Shown: positions 1 through 9,900, counted from the stretch's first letter. The stretch is 27,925 bases of DNA from Fibrobacterota bacterium (GCA_043753995.1 JAYUVP010000084.1:1-27925); one strand, 5' to 3'. Program-made: numbers and translations. Notes: generated by a model not told the origin, from the letters alone.

Positions 1-146
1 TCCAAAGCCCCCACTTCGATTCCATCCCCTTTCAACCAACGTTTTGCCAAATACTCTCGCACTGAGAGTGAATCTTCTCCGCTCATTAATTTAACGACGG
101 TCCCCATTTTTCGAAATAGGGCCTTAAGTGCGGATGAGATGGGCAT
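1..146 (-). CDS. Partial (5' end only) probable class I SAM-dependent methyltransferase; runs off the left edge
   Basis: Not in the ORF track. Manual translation from ATG at 146: MPISSALKALFRKMGTVVKLMSGEDSLSVREYLAKRWLKGDGIEVGAL..., open to position 1. GGAG SD lies 7 nt upstream. GxGIEVGAL resembles SAM-binding motif I. Confidence 0.6.
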   Translation of the reverse strand, partial: MPISSALKALFRKMGTVVKLMSGEDSLSVREYLAKRWLKGDGIEVGAL

Positions 147-166
147 GCGATAACTCCAGTATTGGA

Positions 167-1099
167 TCAATTCTCTTTAAACAATCGGGGGAACCGTGCA
201 AAATATTTTGGCGAGGACGAAAAAGAATCCACCCATCCGAAAAAAATGGCCTTCAGCTTGGGCGCACGTTGCGAAATTCCAGGAACCACACTGAACTGTA
301 TCAATTTTACAAATGCGACCAAGGCCGTGACGGCATGCAGATAGTACCGGTAGGCGACGGTATTGGCCACCAGCGGTTTATTGCGAATACTGAAGTACAA
401 GTAATAATCTGGACGCTGCTTTAAGGATGCACCAGACCCTAGTTCATGCAAAAGCCATGTCGATGGCACATAAAATATTTTGAATCCGGTCTTCCTAATC
501 CGCAAGCAAAATTCAATGTCGTCGAGGTACATAAACATTGAATTTTTTAAACCGCCCAATCGGAGGAATAAATCAAGCGGAACTAGCATACAACACCCGG
601 TGGCATAAGTCACCTCTCTAGTTTCCAAGTCTCCGGCCTGATCGTCACGCAAAAAGCCGTCGTTTTTTCCTGCCCCCAGCCATACGCTGAACTTGCCGCC
701 TGCATACCAGGTTTTACTCCCGTCAGGGAACATCAAAATCTTGCAGGTGACCGCCCCAATTCGAGGGTCTTGCTCTGCACATGCCATCATTTTTTCCAAG
801 CAATCGGAGGCGATTTCCGTATCATGATTAAGCAAGAGTAAATGGGTGGCCCCCAATTCCAGCGCAATTTTCGCCCCGAAATTATTGCCCTCGCAAAACC
901 CAAGGTTTCGTCCGGGCCGATCATAGCGTATCTCCTTTTGAATTTCCGGAGGCAAGGAGTGAAATAATCCTTGATGCCGACTATTATCGACCACTACAAC
1001 ATCAAAGTTTCTATAGGTGCTTTTCCGGAGGGCAGCCAGGCATCGCGTCAAGAATGCCTCGCTCTCGAAAGCAACGATAACCACGACCAATTTCGACAA
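167..1099 (-). CDS. Glycosyltransferase family 2 (RfbF/WbbL-like subgroup)
   Basis: VVVVDNS, NLGFCEGNNFG, LLLNHDT, TGCCML and FMYLDDIEFCLR motifs. TTG start with AGGAG SD. Confidence 0.92.
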   Translation of the reverse strand: MSKLVVVIVAFESEAFLTRCLAALRKSTYRNFDVVVVDNSRHQGLFHSLPPEIQKEIRYDRPGRNLGFCEGNNFGAKIALELGATHLLLLNHDTEIASDCLEKMMACAEQDPRIGAVTCKILMFPDGSKTWYAGGKFSVWLGAGKNDGFLRDDQAGDLETREVTYATGCCMLVPLDLFLRLGGLKNSMFMYLDDIEFCLRIRKTGFKIFYVPSTWLLHELGSGASLKQRPDYYLYFSIRNKPLVANTVAYRYYLHAVTALVAFVKLIQFSVVPGISQRAPKLKAIFFGWVDSFSSSPKYFARFPRLFKEN

Positions 1100-1212
1100 G
1101 CCGACTCCTAATACCTTGGATTTTCTAATTTAAAAAGACTTCATGCCTAGCGCTTATTTTATATCATCCCAACAACCCCAAGCCCCAGAAAAGTCTTAGC
1201 AAATGGGCGTCT

Positions 1213-1761
1213 TTAGAGGCAAATGTCGGTATCGAAAAGCGGATGATAATCGTTTTGGTAATTCACCTGAGGATTCCGTTTGCCAACTTCCTTCGCCGGC
1301 GAGCCCGCGATGATGGAAAAAGCGGCGCAAGACTTGGTCACTACGGCGCCGGCGCCGGCAATTGAGCCTTTTTCCATGACGATACCGGGCAGAATGATTG
1401 CTCTCACACCCACCCACACCATGTCTTCAAGCACGACTTGTTTGGCGATGGCCGAGAATTCCACATTTTGAACATCATGAGTCAGAGTCAACAGATAAAC
1501 CTCAGGCGAAATGCTGACGCCGTTTCCAATCTTCAATGGGCCGCGTCCGTCCAAATAGCAATTCCGATTGATCACGGTTCCATCGCCGATCGTGATGCGA
1601 TTCCCAGTGATGAAGCAACCCGCGTGCACATAGGAATTCTTGCCTAAATGGATTTTAAGTACATGCTTCAAATAGGCGTGCCTTGGCCAGTAGAACGGAA
1701 ACTTGCCAATACCGTGGTTATAGAAATAAAAGCAGCAAGCCTTAAGGATGTTTTTAACCAC
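1213..1761 (-). CDS. Hexapeptide-repeat (LbH) O-acetyltransferase, WcaF/MAT-like
   Basis: Hexapeptide repeats, LTHD motif, VWVGVRAIILPG, IAGAGAVVTK, IIAGSPAK. GTG start with AGGA SD. Confidence 0.9.
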   Translation of the reverse strand: MVKNILKACCFYFYNHGIGKFPFYWPRHAYLKHVLKIHLGKNSYVHAGCFITGNRITIGDGTVINRNCYLDGRGPLKIGNGVSISPEVYLLTLTHDVQNVEFSAIAKQVVLEDMVWVGVRAIILPGIVMEKGSIAGAGAVVTKSCAAFSIIAGSPAKEVGKRNPQVNYQNDYHPLFDTDICL

Positions 1762-1802
1762 TTGTCGTCCTATACTTCCATCTACCGCGGCTGCCTACCC
1801 CG

Positions 1803-3215
1803 ATGAGTCTAAGAACTAACTCGCTACTGAATGCCCTGTCAACCGGACTGAATGCCGCTTTCCCCATGGCCATGATGGCTTGGGCGAGCCGACACCTGAG
1901 CGTTCAGGATATTGGACGATTTTATTTCGCCAACGGGGTTGTCTCTTATTTCTTGATGATAGCAGCAGGATCCTTTTCATTTTATGCGTTTCGTGCCATT
2001 GCGGCCAGTCGTTCGGAGAGTGATTATGGAGGAAAACTCAGCGGTCAACTTTCCGGGCTGAATTTGATTTTCACCGGCGTATCCAGTCTTATATACATCG
2101 CAGTAATTTTCATTGTCCCTGCTTTTAAAGCCCATCTACCCATTTTTTTGACGCTCGGATTCATCTTATTTTTGAATGCTTTTTACGTGGATTTTTTGTT
2201 TCTTGGGCGTAGTAATTTCGTCAATCTTTTCTTAAGGACCTTGATTAGCCGAACGATCCCAGTCATTTTGACGTTAATTTTCGTTCGAACAAATCAGCAC
2301 TTTTTCCTTTTTTGTTTGCTTTATGTTTCCAGCGTTTTTTTGCACAATCTCTCCGGATTGTTCTCGGAACGAAGGGCTTTGCGGGTATCGCTGACTTGGA
2401 GCGACATAAGCCCCCATTTTAAAGCCTGCCTTCCTATGCTCATTTTCCTCCTGCTCGGAGGGGTTTATGCCAATCTCGATTCTGTTTTGCTTGGTCTTCT
2501 TTCAGATACGACTCAAGTGGGATATTATTCGCTTGGGACACGCTTAAATCGGACCATGGTAGCCCTCATTGCCGCCATTGGCGGGTCGCTGACTCCCGGC
2601 CTGATCGCGCTTCATTCTCAGGCTCGAATTCAGGAAACTCGATTCCTTTTAGACAAGGTCTTTACTTGGTTGATGACTCTGTCCTTTCCGGCTATGGCTT
2701 GCATGGTCGTCGCATCACCGGTTTTCATCCAATTGGTTTTTTCGAAAAACATGGCTCCCGCAGGTTTTGTTTGCCAGCTCAGTGCTCCGGGCATACTTGT
2801 GAGCGGAATGACCGTTTTCATTGGAATGCAGGTATTGTTTCCCATGGGAAAAGAACGTGCCTTGATCGTTTCCACCGCGGTCGCGGCTTTCCTTTGCCCG
2901 GTCTTAAGCTGGATTCTCATTCCGCATTGGGGATTTCGCGGTTCGATTCTGTCCTGGTTATTGTCGGAGACGATTAGCTTGGTAATTCTCTGGCGCATCG
3001 CCTCGAAGGCCAGTCTTTTGCCTGCAGGCATGTTCACTAAAATGATTCGCCCAGCTTTAGGCGCGGTGCTTTCAGGCTTAGCCTATTGGGCCGTATTGCA
3101 ATTGCCCCTCGGTGATCTCGCCCGCTTGGTGTTGGGTTTTGGTGCTGCCGCCCTGGTATACATTTTGGCCATGTATCGTTCGGCACCCTGGCGCGATTTA
3201 CGCCGGGGAGGATGA
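1803..3215 (+). CDS. wzx: Wzx-type polysaccharide flippase (MOP superfamily)
   Basis: 470 aa with many hydrophobic segments. N-terminal SLRTNSLLN, VYANLDSVLLG and VGYYSLGTRL motifs. Polysaccharide gene context. Confidence 0.88.
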   Translation: MSLRTNSLLNALSTGLNAAFPMAMMAWASRHLSVQDIGRFYFANGVVSYFLMIAAGSFSFYAFRAIAASRSESDYGGKLSGQLSGLNLIFTGVSSLIYIAVIFIVPAFKAHLPIFLTLGFILFLNAFYVDFLFLGRSNFVNLFLRTLISRTIPVILTLIFVRTNQHFFLFCLLYVSSVFLHNLSGLFSERRALRVSLTWSDISPHFKACLPMLIFLLLGGVYANLDSVLLGLLSDTTQVGYYSLGTRLNRTMVALIAAIGGSLTPGLIALHSQARIQETRFLLDKVFTWLMTLSFPAMACMVVASPVFIQLVFSKNMAPAGFVCQLSAPGILVSGMTVFIGMQVLFPMGKERALIVSTAVAAFLCPVLSWILIPHWGFRGSILSWLLSETISLVILWRIASKASLLPAGMFTKMIRPALGAVLSGLAYWAVLQLPLGDLARLVLGFGAAALVYILAMYRSAPWRDLRRGG

Positions 3216-4490
3216 AGCTTTACGGCGATGGGCCACGGCAATCACGGCCAAGTTCAATAAGAAAAACCATAGCTCCCAAGACGGCATGTGAAAGCTAAGC
3301 GCAACGGCTCCAATCAGGCATCCCCATAGGCTCAATTGTTTGAGGGTCGGAGAGAGTAATAGGTTACGGTGGAATTTCGTGATCCAAAGTCCGGCAAACA
3401 AAGTCAGGGCAAAAACCCCGACGGTCCCGAAGTCTTTGTAGAGGTGCCACACATAAATCACCGTATTCAACCCGGAGACGCGTTCGACCATCCCATTCAT
3501 TTGCGAGTCATACCCAAATTGGGTAATCAAGGCAGGTTCAATGCGAAGAAGATGCAAGGTGAATGATCTGAGCAATCCCAATCCCCATTGAAATGGATAG
3601 GCGTGACTGCCTTCCACAAATTTTTCAAAGCCGTAATTCATATTCCAAAAATCATTGGCGAGATAGGCATAAACATTGGATGCCCAAGCCCATTTGGGGG
3701 GCAGTTTCACCTTGATGGTGTCGTTGAAGGCTCCGACCATATCTTGATTGATGCGTATCAAAAAGGCCAACATAAAGATGAAGGTGAAGGCGGCCAGGGC
3801 CGAGGCTAAATGCGTCCATCGCAAATGCCGCTTGCCATAGTGAAAAAGCACCATGGAAAAAAGAAGCAGGCGAAAAATATCGAATCGAGTGACTATGGTA
3901 AGGTGCAAGGCCAAGGTCAGCAAAAAACCCACCCCGACCAGCCATTTCAGTTGCTTGGTCAGATTGGCCATCATCCAGGCCTCCACCGCCAACATCAGGC
4001 TGAATGGACCGAAATAAAGCCCATAGTAAATGGGAACCGACGCCGTGGAAAAAGCAAGTCGGGCATTGTCCGCTTCTTCAGCAAAGACCGGTATTTGCCC
4101 GGTTTTGATAAATGCCACGAAATAGCTCATGAGAAAGACAAGTACGCAAGCCTTCCAAACCCACAAGAAATGGTGCCAATCCAGGGCCTTTGCGTCCTCA
4201 ATCAATTTCCCCTTGACTTCAGAAAAACTCAATTTCCACTGGGGATGCATGGCCCGGCTTGTCATGCCCATCAAGAAACAGCCCGCGATAAAACAGAAGC
4301 AGGCTCCCCAAAAATGAATATGAGTGGAAATATTCCAGGGAACTTGAATACGGCTCAACCGCATGAAATTGACGGCTAATAAAATTCCGTAAATGGAGAG
4401 ATAGACTCTACCAGGCGAAAAAATATCGGCCCGGTAGAACAAGGTGAGCAAGACCGTTCCCAGTCCTATCGACAGGAAAATCCAGCTCAT
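3198..4490 (-). CDS. Wzy-like O-antigen/oligosaccharide repeat-unit polymerase
   Basis: 430 aa polytopic membrane protein with a large loop and a LNTVIYVWHLYKDFGTVG motif of the type seen in Wzy polymerases. Coupled to wzz by a 4-nt overlap. Confidence 0.72.
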   Translation of the reverse strand: MSWIFLSIGLGTVLLTLFYRADIFSPGRVYLSIYGILLAVNFMRLSRIQVPWNISTHIHFWGACFCFIAGCFLMGMTSRAMHPQWKLSFSEVKGKLIEDAKALDWHHFLWVWKACVLVFLMSYFVAFIKTGQIPVFAEEADNARLAFSTASVPIYYGLYFGPFSLMLAVEAWMMANLTKQLKWLVGVGFLLTLALHLTIVTRFDIFRLLLFSMVLFHYGKRHLRWTHLASALAAFTFIFMLAFLIRINQDMVGAFNDTIKVKLPPKWAWASNVYAYLANDFWNMNYGFEKFVEGSHAYPFQWGLGLLRSFTLHLLRIEPALITQFGYDSQMNGMVERVSGLNTVIYVWHLYKDFGTVGVFALTLFAGLWITKFHRNLLLSPTLKQLSLWGCLIGAVALSFHMPSWELWFFLLNLAVIAVAHRRKASSSPA

Positions 4491-5677
4491 TTTTTAAGGG
4501 CCAGGTGTCCGCCGATTTCCTTGAATTTTCGATAAACTTCGCTGTTCATTTCTCGCTGCCGTCCAAACCAATATTGAACGACCACGTAACCAGAAAGAAG
4601 GCAAAAGGCCACGAAGAAACTCAAAATGCAAATCGCACCACGTTTTGGACCCGCTTTCTTTTGGGCGACGCGCCCCCACTCCAATACACTGATGACCGGA
4701 GCATTATTCGCCTCGCGAAACTTCGCTTGTTCATGCATTTGCAAAAGGAAAGCATATAGAGCCTCCTGAACCTTTACGTCTCGCAGCAGGTATGCGTAGG
4801 CGATGCCCAATTCCGGTGCCTTATTGAGCGGCAATAAAAGGCTACCCGAACCTTCATTCATATACTCCTTCAACCTTGCCTTCAGCACGCGCTGCTTTTT
4901 AGCGATTTCGTCAATGCGCTGGTTATCCGCTTTAAAGTTAGAGGAAAGCATCGCTTTTTCGATGTCGGCGGCCATGGACTCAGATTCTATTGTGGCCAAG
5001 GCTTCGATGGTTCCCTTGACCTGCTCTTCGAAGTCCAGCATATTGTGCAACTTTTGGAAGTCGGCCAATTTGGTATGCACCGAATCCAGGGCATGCTTTA
5101 TCAACGCCAGTCTTTCCTCGAAAAAGACGCGCGACCCCCTGGCTTTTTGCCGAGTCAAATCAAAACTCATCGTATCCAGTTTAGCGACGATATAATTCAC
5201 CACGTCAGCGGCAAATTTCGGATCTTTGTCATTAAAGGTGATGACAATATTTTCGAGCTTATCTTCACCGATTTCGAAATTTTTATTGAAGGCCTTTAGC
5301 ACGTCTTCGATGAAATAGGTTTTTCTCTTATGGAATTTATAGCGGTGAATAAGGTTGAATTTTTCTATCACCGCCTCTGCCATGGGGCGGCTGCTCAAAA
5401 TGGTGAGGAATTTGGAATTGTCCTCGTGGGAAAACATATCGAAAGACTTCAGCAAACCGCCGACAGGGGAGTCTCCCCCAAGCAATGCGGTTAGGGGCGA
5501 AGATGAACTTTGTTGCGCCGGCATCAAAACCGCCGACGAAGTGTATTTCTTAGGCAATAGCAAGGTGGTGGTGATTGCTGCAGCCGAAACCAAGGCGAGG
5601 CCTATCGCCAGGAATTTCTTTTTGCGCAAAAGAATGAGCGCTAAATCCAAAAATCCTACGGCGGGTGTCGATTCCAT
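4487..5677 (-). CDS. wzz: Wzz/GumC-family polysaccharide chain-length determinant (co-polymerase), no kinase domain
   Basis: N-terminal TM then LPKKYTSSAVL, central coiled coil, C-terminal GPKR motif and TM. Confidence 0.85.
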   Translation of the reverse strand: MESTPAVGFLDLALILLRKKKFLAIGLALVSAAAITTTLLLPKKYTSSAVLMPAQQSSSSPLTALLGGDSPVGGLLKSFDMFSHEDNSKFLTILSSRPMAEAVIEKFNLIHRYKFHKRKTYFIEDVLKAFNKNFEIGEDKLENIVITFNDKDPKFAADVVNYIVAKLDTMSFDLTRQKARGSRVFFEERLALIKHALDSVHTKLADFQKLHNMLDFEEQVKGTIEALATIESESMAADIEKAMLSSNFKADNQRIDEIAKKQRVLKARLKEYMNEGSGSLLLPLNKAPELGIAYAYLLRDVKVQEALYAFLLQMHEQAKFREANNAPVISVLEWGRVAQKKAGPKRGAICILSFFVAFCLLSGYVVVQYWFGRQREMNSEVYRKFKEIGGHLALKK

Positions 5678-5715
5678 TTAAACGAGCCTTCCAAAAATTC
5701 CAGTCCTCAATTTTT

Positions 5716-6729
5716 TCACCAACCCCGCCGCAAGGTGAGGGCATGCACAAAACCCAAGCGGGTCCACCATTGCACGCCATAATCCACGGCAATGGGTTGA
5801 CGCAGGAAGGTAAAACCGAGACCGAGACGGCGGGCTTCTCCGCCGTAAAAAGGCGCAACCTTGTCGTCCGCGATCATGGCGCCGACATGCCGAAGCTCCA
5901 GCCAACTGCCACGTAGGCCGGCTCGCGCGATGAAGTAAGGCGATAAAGTCCATTCGCCAGCGCCGGAGAAAATGGGGTTATCGGCGTCGTCGACTTGCAT
6001 TTGGCCGGTCAAGCGGAGGCGCTTCCAACCTGCGGGAATGAAATAGAAGCCGCCCCGAAGCGCCATGGGCGTCATTCCGCTGGAGTCCCCGTTGGAGGTA
6101 TGCGACACGAATTTTCGACCGGCATTGAGCAGGGCCAATCCGAAACCGAGATTGCGCACGCCTGGTAAATAAATGATGCCGATATCGCCCGCGACTCCTA
6201 TGGCCGATTGCGCCCCTTCAATATCGCCGAGATATTCCTGAAAGCCCTTCAAAGTGAGGCCCAAGCGCCATCTTTCGGAAAGGGTTTTCGCATAGCTGAG
6301 CGAAGGACTGAAGGCCGATGGCTGCACCTTGGCACCTAGTGAATTGCCTTCCTCGTCCACGGTTTCGATTTCCCCGGAATTGAGATAAGCGGCACTTAGA
6401 GCGAAACGACCTGAGGCGGGTCCAAAGACATAGGTCACCTGACCACCGGTTGACCCCAAAGTCAAAAACCTGAAGGTTCCGGCCAGAGCCCTCTCCCCTT
6501 CCATTTTGGTCAAGCCAGCGGGATTTGAGCCTATGGCATCAATTCCCTCGGCCACGGCAACATTGGCCTCGGCCAAAGCCATGGTACGGGCCGGGGTCAT
6601 GATTTCAATGAAGGAAAAGTCGCGAGTTCCCGCATTGGCATCGGTTTCACTCGCATGAACAATGGACGTTTCGGCAAGCAAGAGGCTCACGGAAAGGGCA
6701 AGAAAAAAGGCCGGGGAACGCTTTAACAC
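5716..6729 (-). CDS. PorV/PorQ-family outer-membrane beta-barrel (FadL-like superfamily, T9SS-associated)
   Basis: Signal peptide, FSFIEIMTPARTMALAEA...NPAGL N-terminal motif, YLNSGEI, amphipathic beta strands, terminal Trp. Confidence 0.75.
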   Translation of the reverse strand: MLKRSPAFFLALSVSLLLAETSIVHASETDANAGTRDFSFIEIMTPARTMALAEANVAVAEGIDAIGSNPAGLTKMEGERALAGTFRFLTLGSTGGQVTYVFGPASGRFALSAAYLNSGEIETVDEEGNSLGAKVQPSAFSPSLSYAKTLSERWRLGLTLKGFQEYLGDIEGAQSAIGVAGDIGIIYLPGVRNLGFGLALLNAGRKFVSHTSNGDSSGMTPMALRGGFYFIPAGWKRLRLTGQMQVDDADNPIFSGAGEWTLSPYFIARAGLRGSWLELRHVGAMIADDKVAPFYGGEARRLGLGFTFLRQPIAVDYGVQWWTRLGFVHALTLRRGW

Positions 6730-6735
6730 GGCGAC

Positions 6736-6764
6736 AAAGTACCAAGCCCGAAGATTCGGGGCAA
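6736..6764 (-). promoter_or_regulatory. sigma70-like promoter of the PorV-like gene (leaderless geometry)
   Basis: Minus-strand TTGCCC (6764-6759), 17 nt, TACTTT (6741-6736), 6 nt, GTG start. No SD. Confidence 0.55.
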
Positions 6765-6770
6765 TTCCGC

Positions 6771-6799
6771 TTGAAGGTCGCGGCGGCTGGACCTATCTT
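6771..6799 (+). promoter_or_regulatory. sigma70-like promoter of tRNA-Lys
   Basis: TTGAAG (6771-6776), 17 nt, TATCTT (6794-6799), followed by a GC-rich discriminator (GCGACCCC). Confidence 0.65.
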
Positions 6800-6819
6800 T
6801 GCGACCCCTTCATAGTATC

Positions 6820-6891
6820 GAGCTAGTAGCTCAGTGGTAGAGCAGCGGACTTTTAATCCGTGGGTCGAAGGTTCAATCCCTTCCTGGCTCA
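6820..6891 (+). tRNA. tRNA-Lys (anticodon UUU); 3' CCA not encoded
   Basis: Cloverleaf: acceptor GAGCTAG/CTGGCTC, D arm GCTC-AGTGGTA-GAGC, anticodon arm GCGGA-CTTTTAA-TCCGT, T arm GAAGG-TTCAATC-CCTTC, discriminator A. Confidence 0.97.
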
Positions 6892-6893
6892 TA

Positions 6894-6930
6894 AAAGGTT
6901 AGACCTTCGGGTCTAACCTTTCTTCTTTCT
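6894..6930 (+). terminator. Intrinsic terminator after tRNA-Lys
   Basis: Perfect 12-bp stem AAAGGTTAGACC/GGTCTAACCTTT closed by a C(UUCG)G tetraloop, then a T/C-rich tail. Confidence 0.8.
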
Positions 6931-6985
6931 CCTCATGTCGCGTAGTTTGAGCACCCCAAACACCCCCAGCAGCCAGGATGGCCCG

Positions 6986-9900
6986 ATGACTTCGGTGCAA
7001 ACCCTGAACGATCTCTTGGGCGGACATCTCTTTCCGTCCTTGGCCGCGCCGCGGCCCATGCGCGGGGAGCCGCTCCATGTAGCCGGGCTCGAAGGCAGTG
7101 CGACTTCGGCCTTCGTGGCGTCCCAATTTCTACGCGAGCAGGGCAAGGGCAAAACCGGGCAAATCCTTTTTCTCGCCGCCGACGCCAAAAGCGCCGAGAC
7201 CATGGCCGAAGACTTGGAAGGTTGGCTCGGCGACGAGGCTGTCATTCAATTTCCAGGTCTCGATCTCAAGCCCTATGAATGGCGCCATCCTTTCGGGCAT
7301 TTGCTGGAACAGAGACTCAACGGCTTCGAGGCGCTCTATCGCAAGCGCAATGCCGTCGTCGTCATCACGCTTTCCGATTTTCTCCTCAAACTCAATAGCC
7401 CTGAAAGCCTGCATCTCGAAATCCTGGCCTTTCAAAAGGGCGAAACCCTTTCATTGCGGAACTTCCGCGAAACGCTTTTGCAAATGGGCTTTCGTGAGGA
7501 AAATACGGTGCAAGACATCGGTGAATTTTCGGTGCGCGGCGAAATCATCGACGTCTACCCTTATCTCGCCCAGCATCCCTTCCGCATCGTGCTTTTCGGC
7601 GACAGCATTGAAGCCATCAAGGAATTCGACATTTTCACCCAGCGCTCCTTGCGCGAAGTGGAAGCCATCGAAATTTTCCCTCTCGACGAATGCAGCTTCA
7701 CGCCAAAAGAAATCGAAGCTGGCATGGAGCGCCATTTCGATCGGTTTTTAGGGGAGGGCGGTTTTGAAGCTGAAAATCACAAGCTTTTAATCAAGCGCGA
7801 CTTTGCTGGCATTCATTGGCAAAAGGCCTTCTTCAAAGAGCTGCGCTATACCCTGCTCGACTTTCTCGGCCCCGATCCCCTGGTGGTTTTGGGCGATGCG
7901 GAAGCCATGGCGAATACGGTCGATAAGGTTTGGTCCAATGCCCTCGAAGGCCATGCCGAGGCCGTGCATAAAGACCGCTGGATTTGCCGCCCCAACGAAC
8001 TCTGGTTGGACGGGCCCGGGCTGGAACGCCTGCTTGGAAGCGTGCGCCACGTTCGCCTCTCCCGCGTGAGCTGGGAAGGCCGCTTGTCGCGCACCCTGAA
8101 TGTGGAAGCGCAGACTCGCGCCGGCGCGGGCCTCAAAGACATCGACGATCGCATACGCAAGCTTGCCCAGGAAGGCGTGCAGCTTTACCTCACCGCCCCC
8201 AATGAAGGCCAGGCCGATCGCCTCCGAAAATTGGCCGTCGATTTGCCCGTGGCGGGCGTGGTGGTGGGCCATCTCGATTGCGGCTTCACTTTGCATGATG
8301 ATGCCGTAGCGATCTGGACCGATCATCAAATCTTTAATCGCTTTTCTAGAAAGGTCAGGCAGCGCCGCCAAAAAGGCGGGGGCGTTTCCATACAGAATTT
8401 CGAGGCCCTCACGCGCGGTGACGTGGTGGTGCATGAAGACTATGGCGTGGGCCGTTTCGTCGGTATCAAGCGCATTGTCGCTCAGGGCCATGCCGTCGAT
8501 TGCATTTTGCTCGATTTCTCTGGTACCGACAAATTGGCCTTGCCCGTCACCGACCTGGGCAAGCTGGAAAAATTTTCCAGCGAAGAGGGGCATATTCCCC
8601 AGCTCAGCAAACTGGGTGGCAAGAGTTGGGAAATCACCAAGGAAAAAACCCGCAAAGCCGTGCTCAAGCTGGCGCAAGAGCTCATCGAGCTCTATGCCCA
8701 ACGCAGCGTGGTGCCTGGTTATCCCTTCGCGGCCGATGGCCCCCTGCAGGCCGAATTCGATCAGTCCTTCGAATGGGAATTGACTCCCGATCAAGCTAAG
8801 GCTGTTCAAGATTCCAAGAACGACATGGAGGCCCCGCGCCCCATGGATCGCCTCATTTGCGGCGACGTGGGCTTTGGTAAAACCGAAGTCGCCATGCGCG
8901 CCGCTTTCAAAGCCGTGGCCGACAAAAAACAAGTGGCCGTGCTAGCTCCCACCACCATTTTAGCGGCCCAACATTTCGACCGCTTCGTCGATCGCTTCTC
9001 TTCCTTCCCGGTGCGCATTGAATCTTTGACGCGCTTTCGCACCGCCAAGGAGCAGAAAGAGGCCCTGAAAACCGCCGCCGAAGGCGGGGTGGACATACTC
9101 ATTGGCACCCATCGCCTGCTGTCTAAGGACGTGGTGTTCAAGGATGTCGGACTGCTGATCATTGACGAAGAACAAAAATTCGGGGTGAAGCAAAAGGAAC
9201 GCCTCAAGGAATTGCGCACCCAGGTCGACGTGCTCAGCATGTCAGCCACGCCCATACCGCGCACCTTGCATATGGCCCTCATCGGCACGCGCGACTTGAG
9301 CATTATCGCGACGCCCCCGCGCAATCGCCTGCCCATCGAAACCCGTGTCTTGCCTTGGGACGGTCGGCAAATACGGGATGCTATCAATCACGAATTGTCG
9401 CGCGGTGGCCAGGTCTATTTCGTGCACAATCGCGTACAGACCATGCCCGAGACCTTGGAAAAGCTGCAAGCTTTGGTGCCTCAGGCCCGTATCGGCATGG
9501 CCCACGGGCAAATGGAAGAGGGCGAACTGGAGCGCGTCATGAGCGCCTTTATCGCTCGCGAATACGACATTCTCTGCTGCACGGCCATTATCGAATCCGG
9601 CCTCGACATCACTAACGTGAATACCATGATAGTCGACCGGGCTGAGCTTTTCGGCATGAGCCAGCTCTATCAATTGCGCGGCCGCGTGGGCCGATCCAGC
9701 GCCAAGGCCTATTGTCTGCTCATTTCGCCCGACGCCAACCGCTTCAACGACGACATGAAGAAGCGCCTCTATTCCCTGGAGAAATTCACCGAACTTGGCA
9801 GCGGCTTTCAAATCGCCATGCGCGATCTCGAAGTGCGGGGCGCGGGAAATATTCTCGGTCATGATCAAAGCGGCCATATCGCCACCGTAGGCTATGAAAC

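Noticed and set aside
1762..3230. Invertible (phase-variable) wzx segment
   Set aside because: No flanking inverted repeats or recombinase seen, and the right boundary lies in overlapping coding ends.
6820..6930. tRNA-Lys as an integration site for an island or prophage
   Set aside because: Terminator and mfd follow directly, with no integrase or duplicated tRNA 3' end in the window.
7787..9877. Long antisense ORFs inside mfd (381, 193 and 211 aa)
   Set aside because: Shadow frames of a conserved GC-rich gene, with no recognisable motifs.
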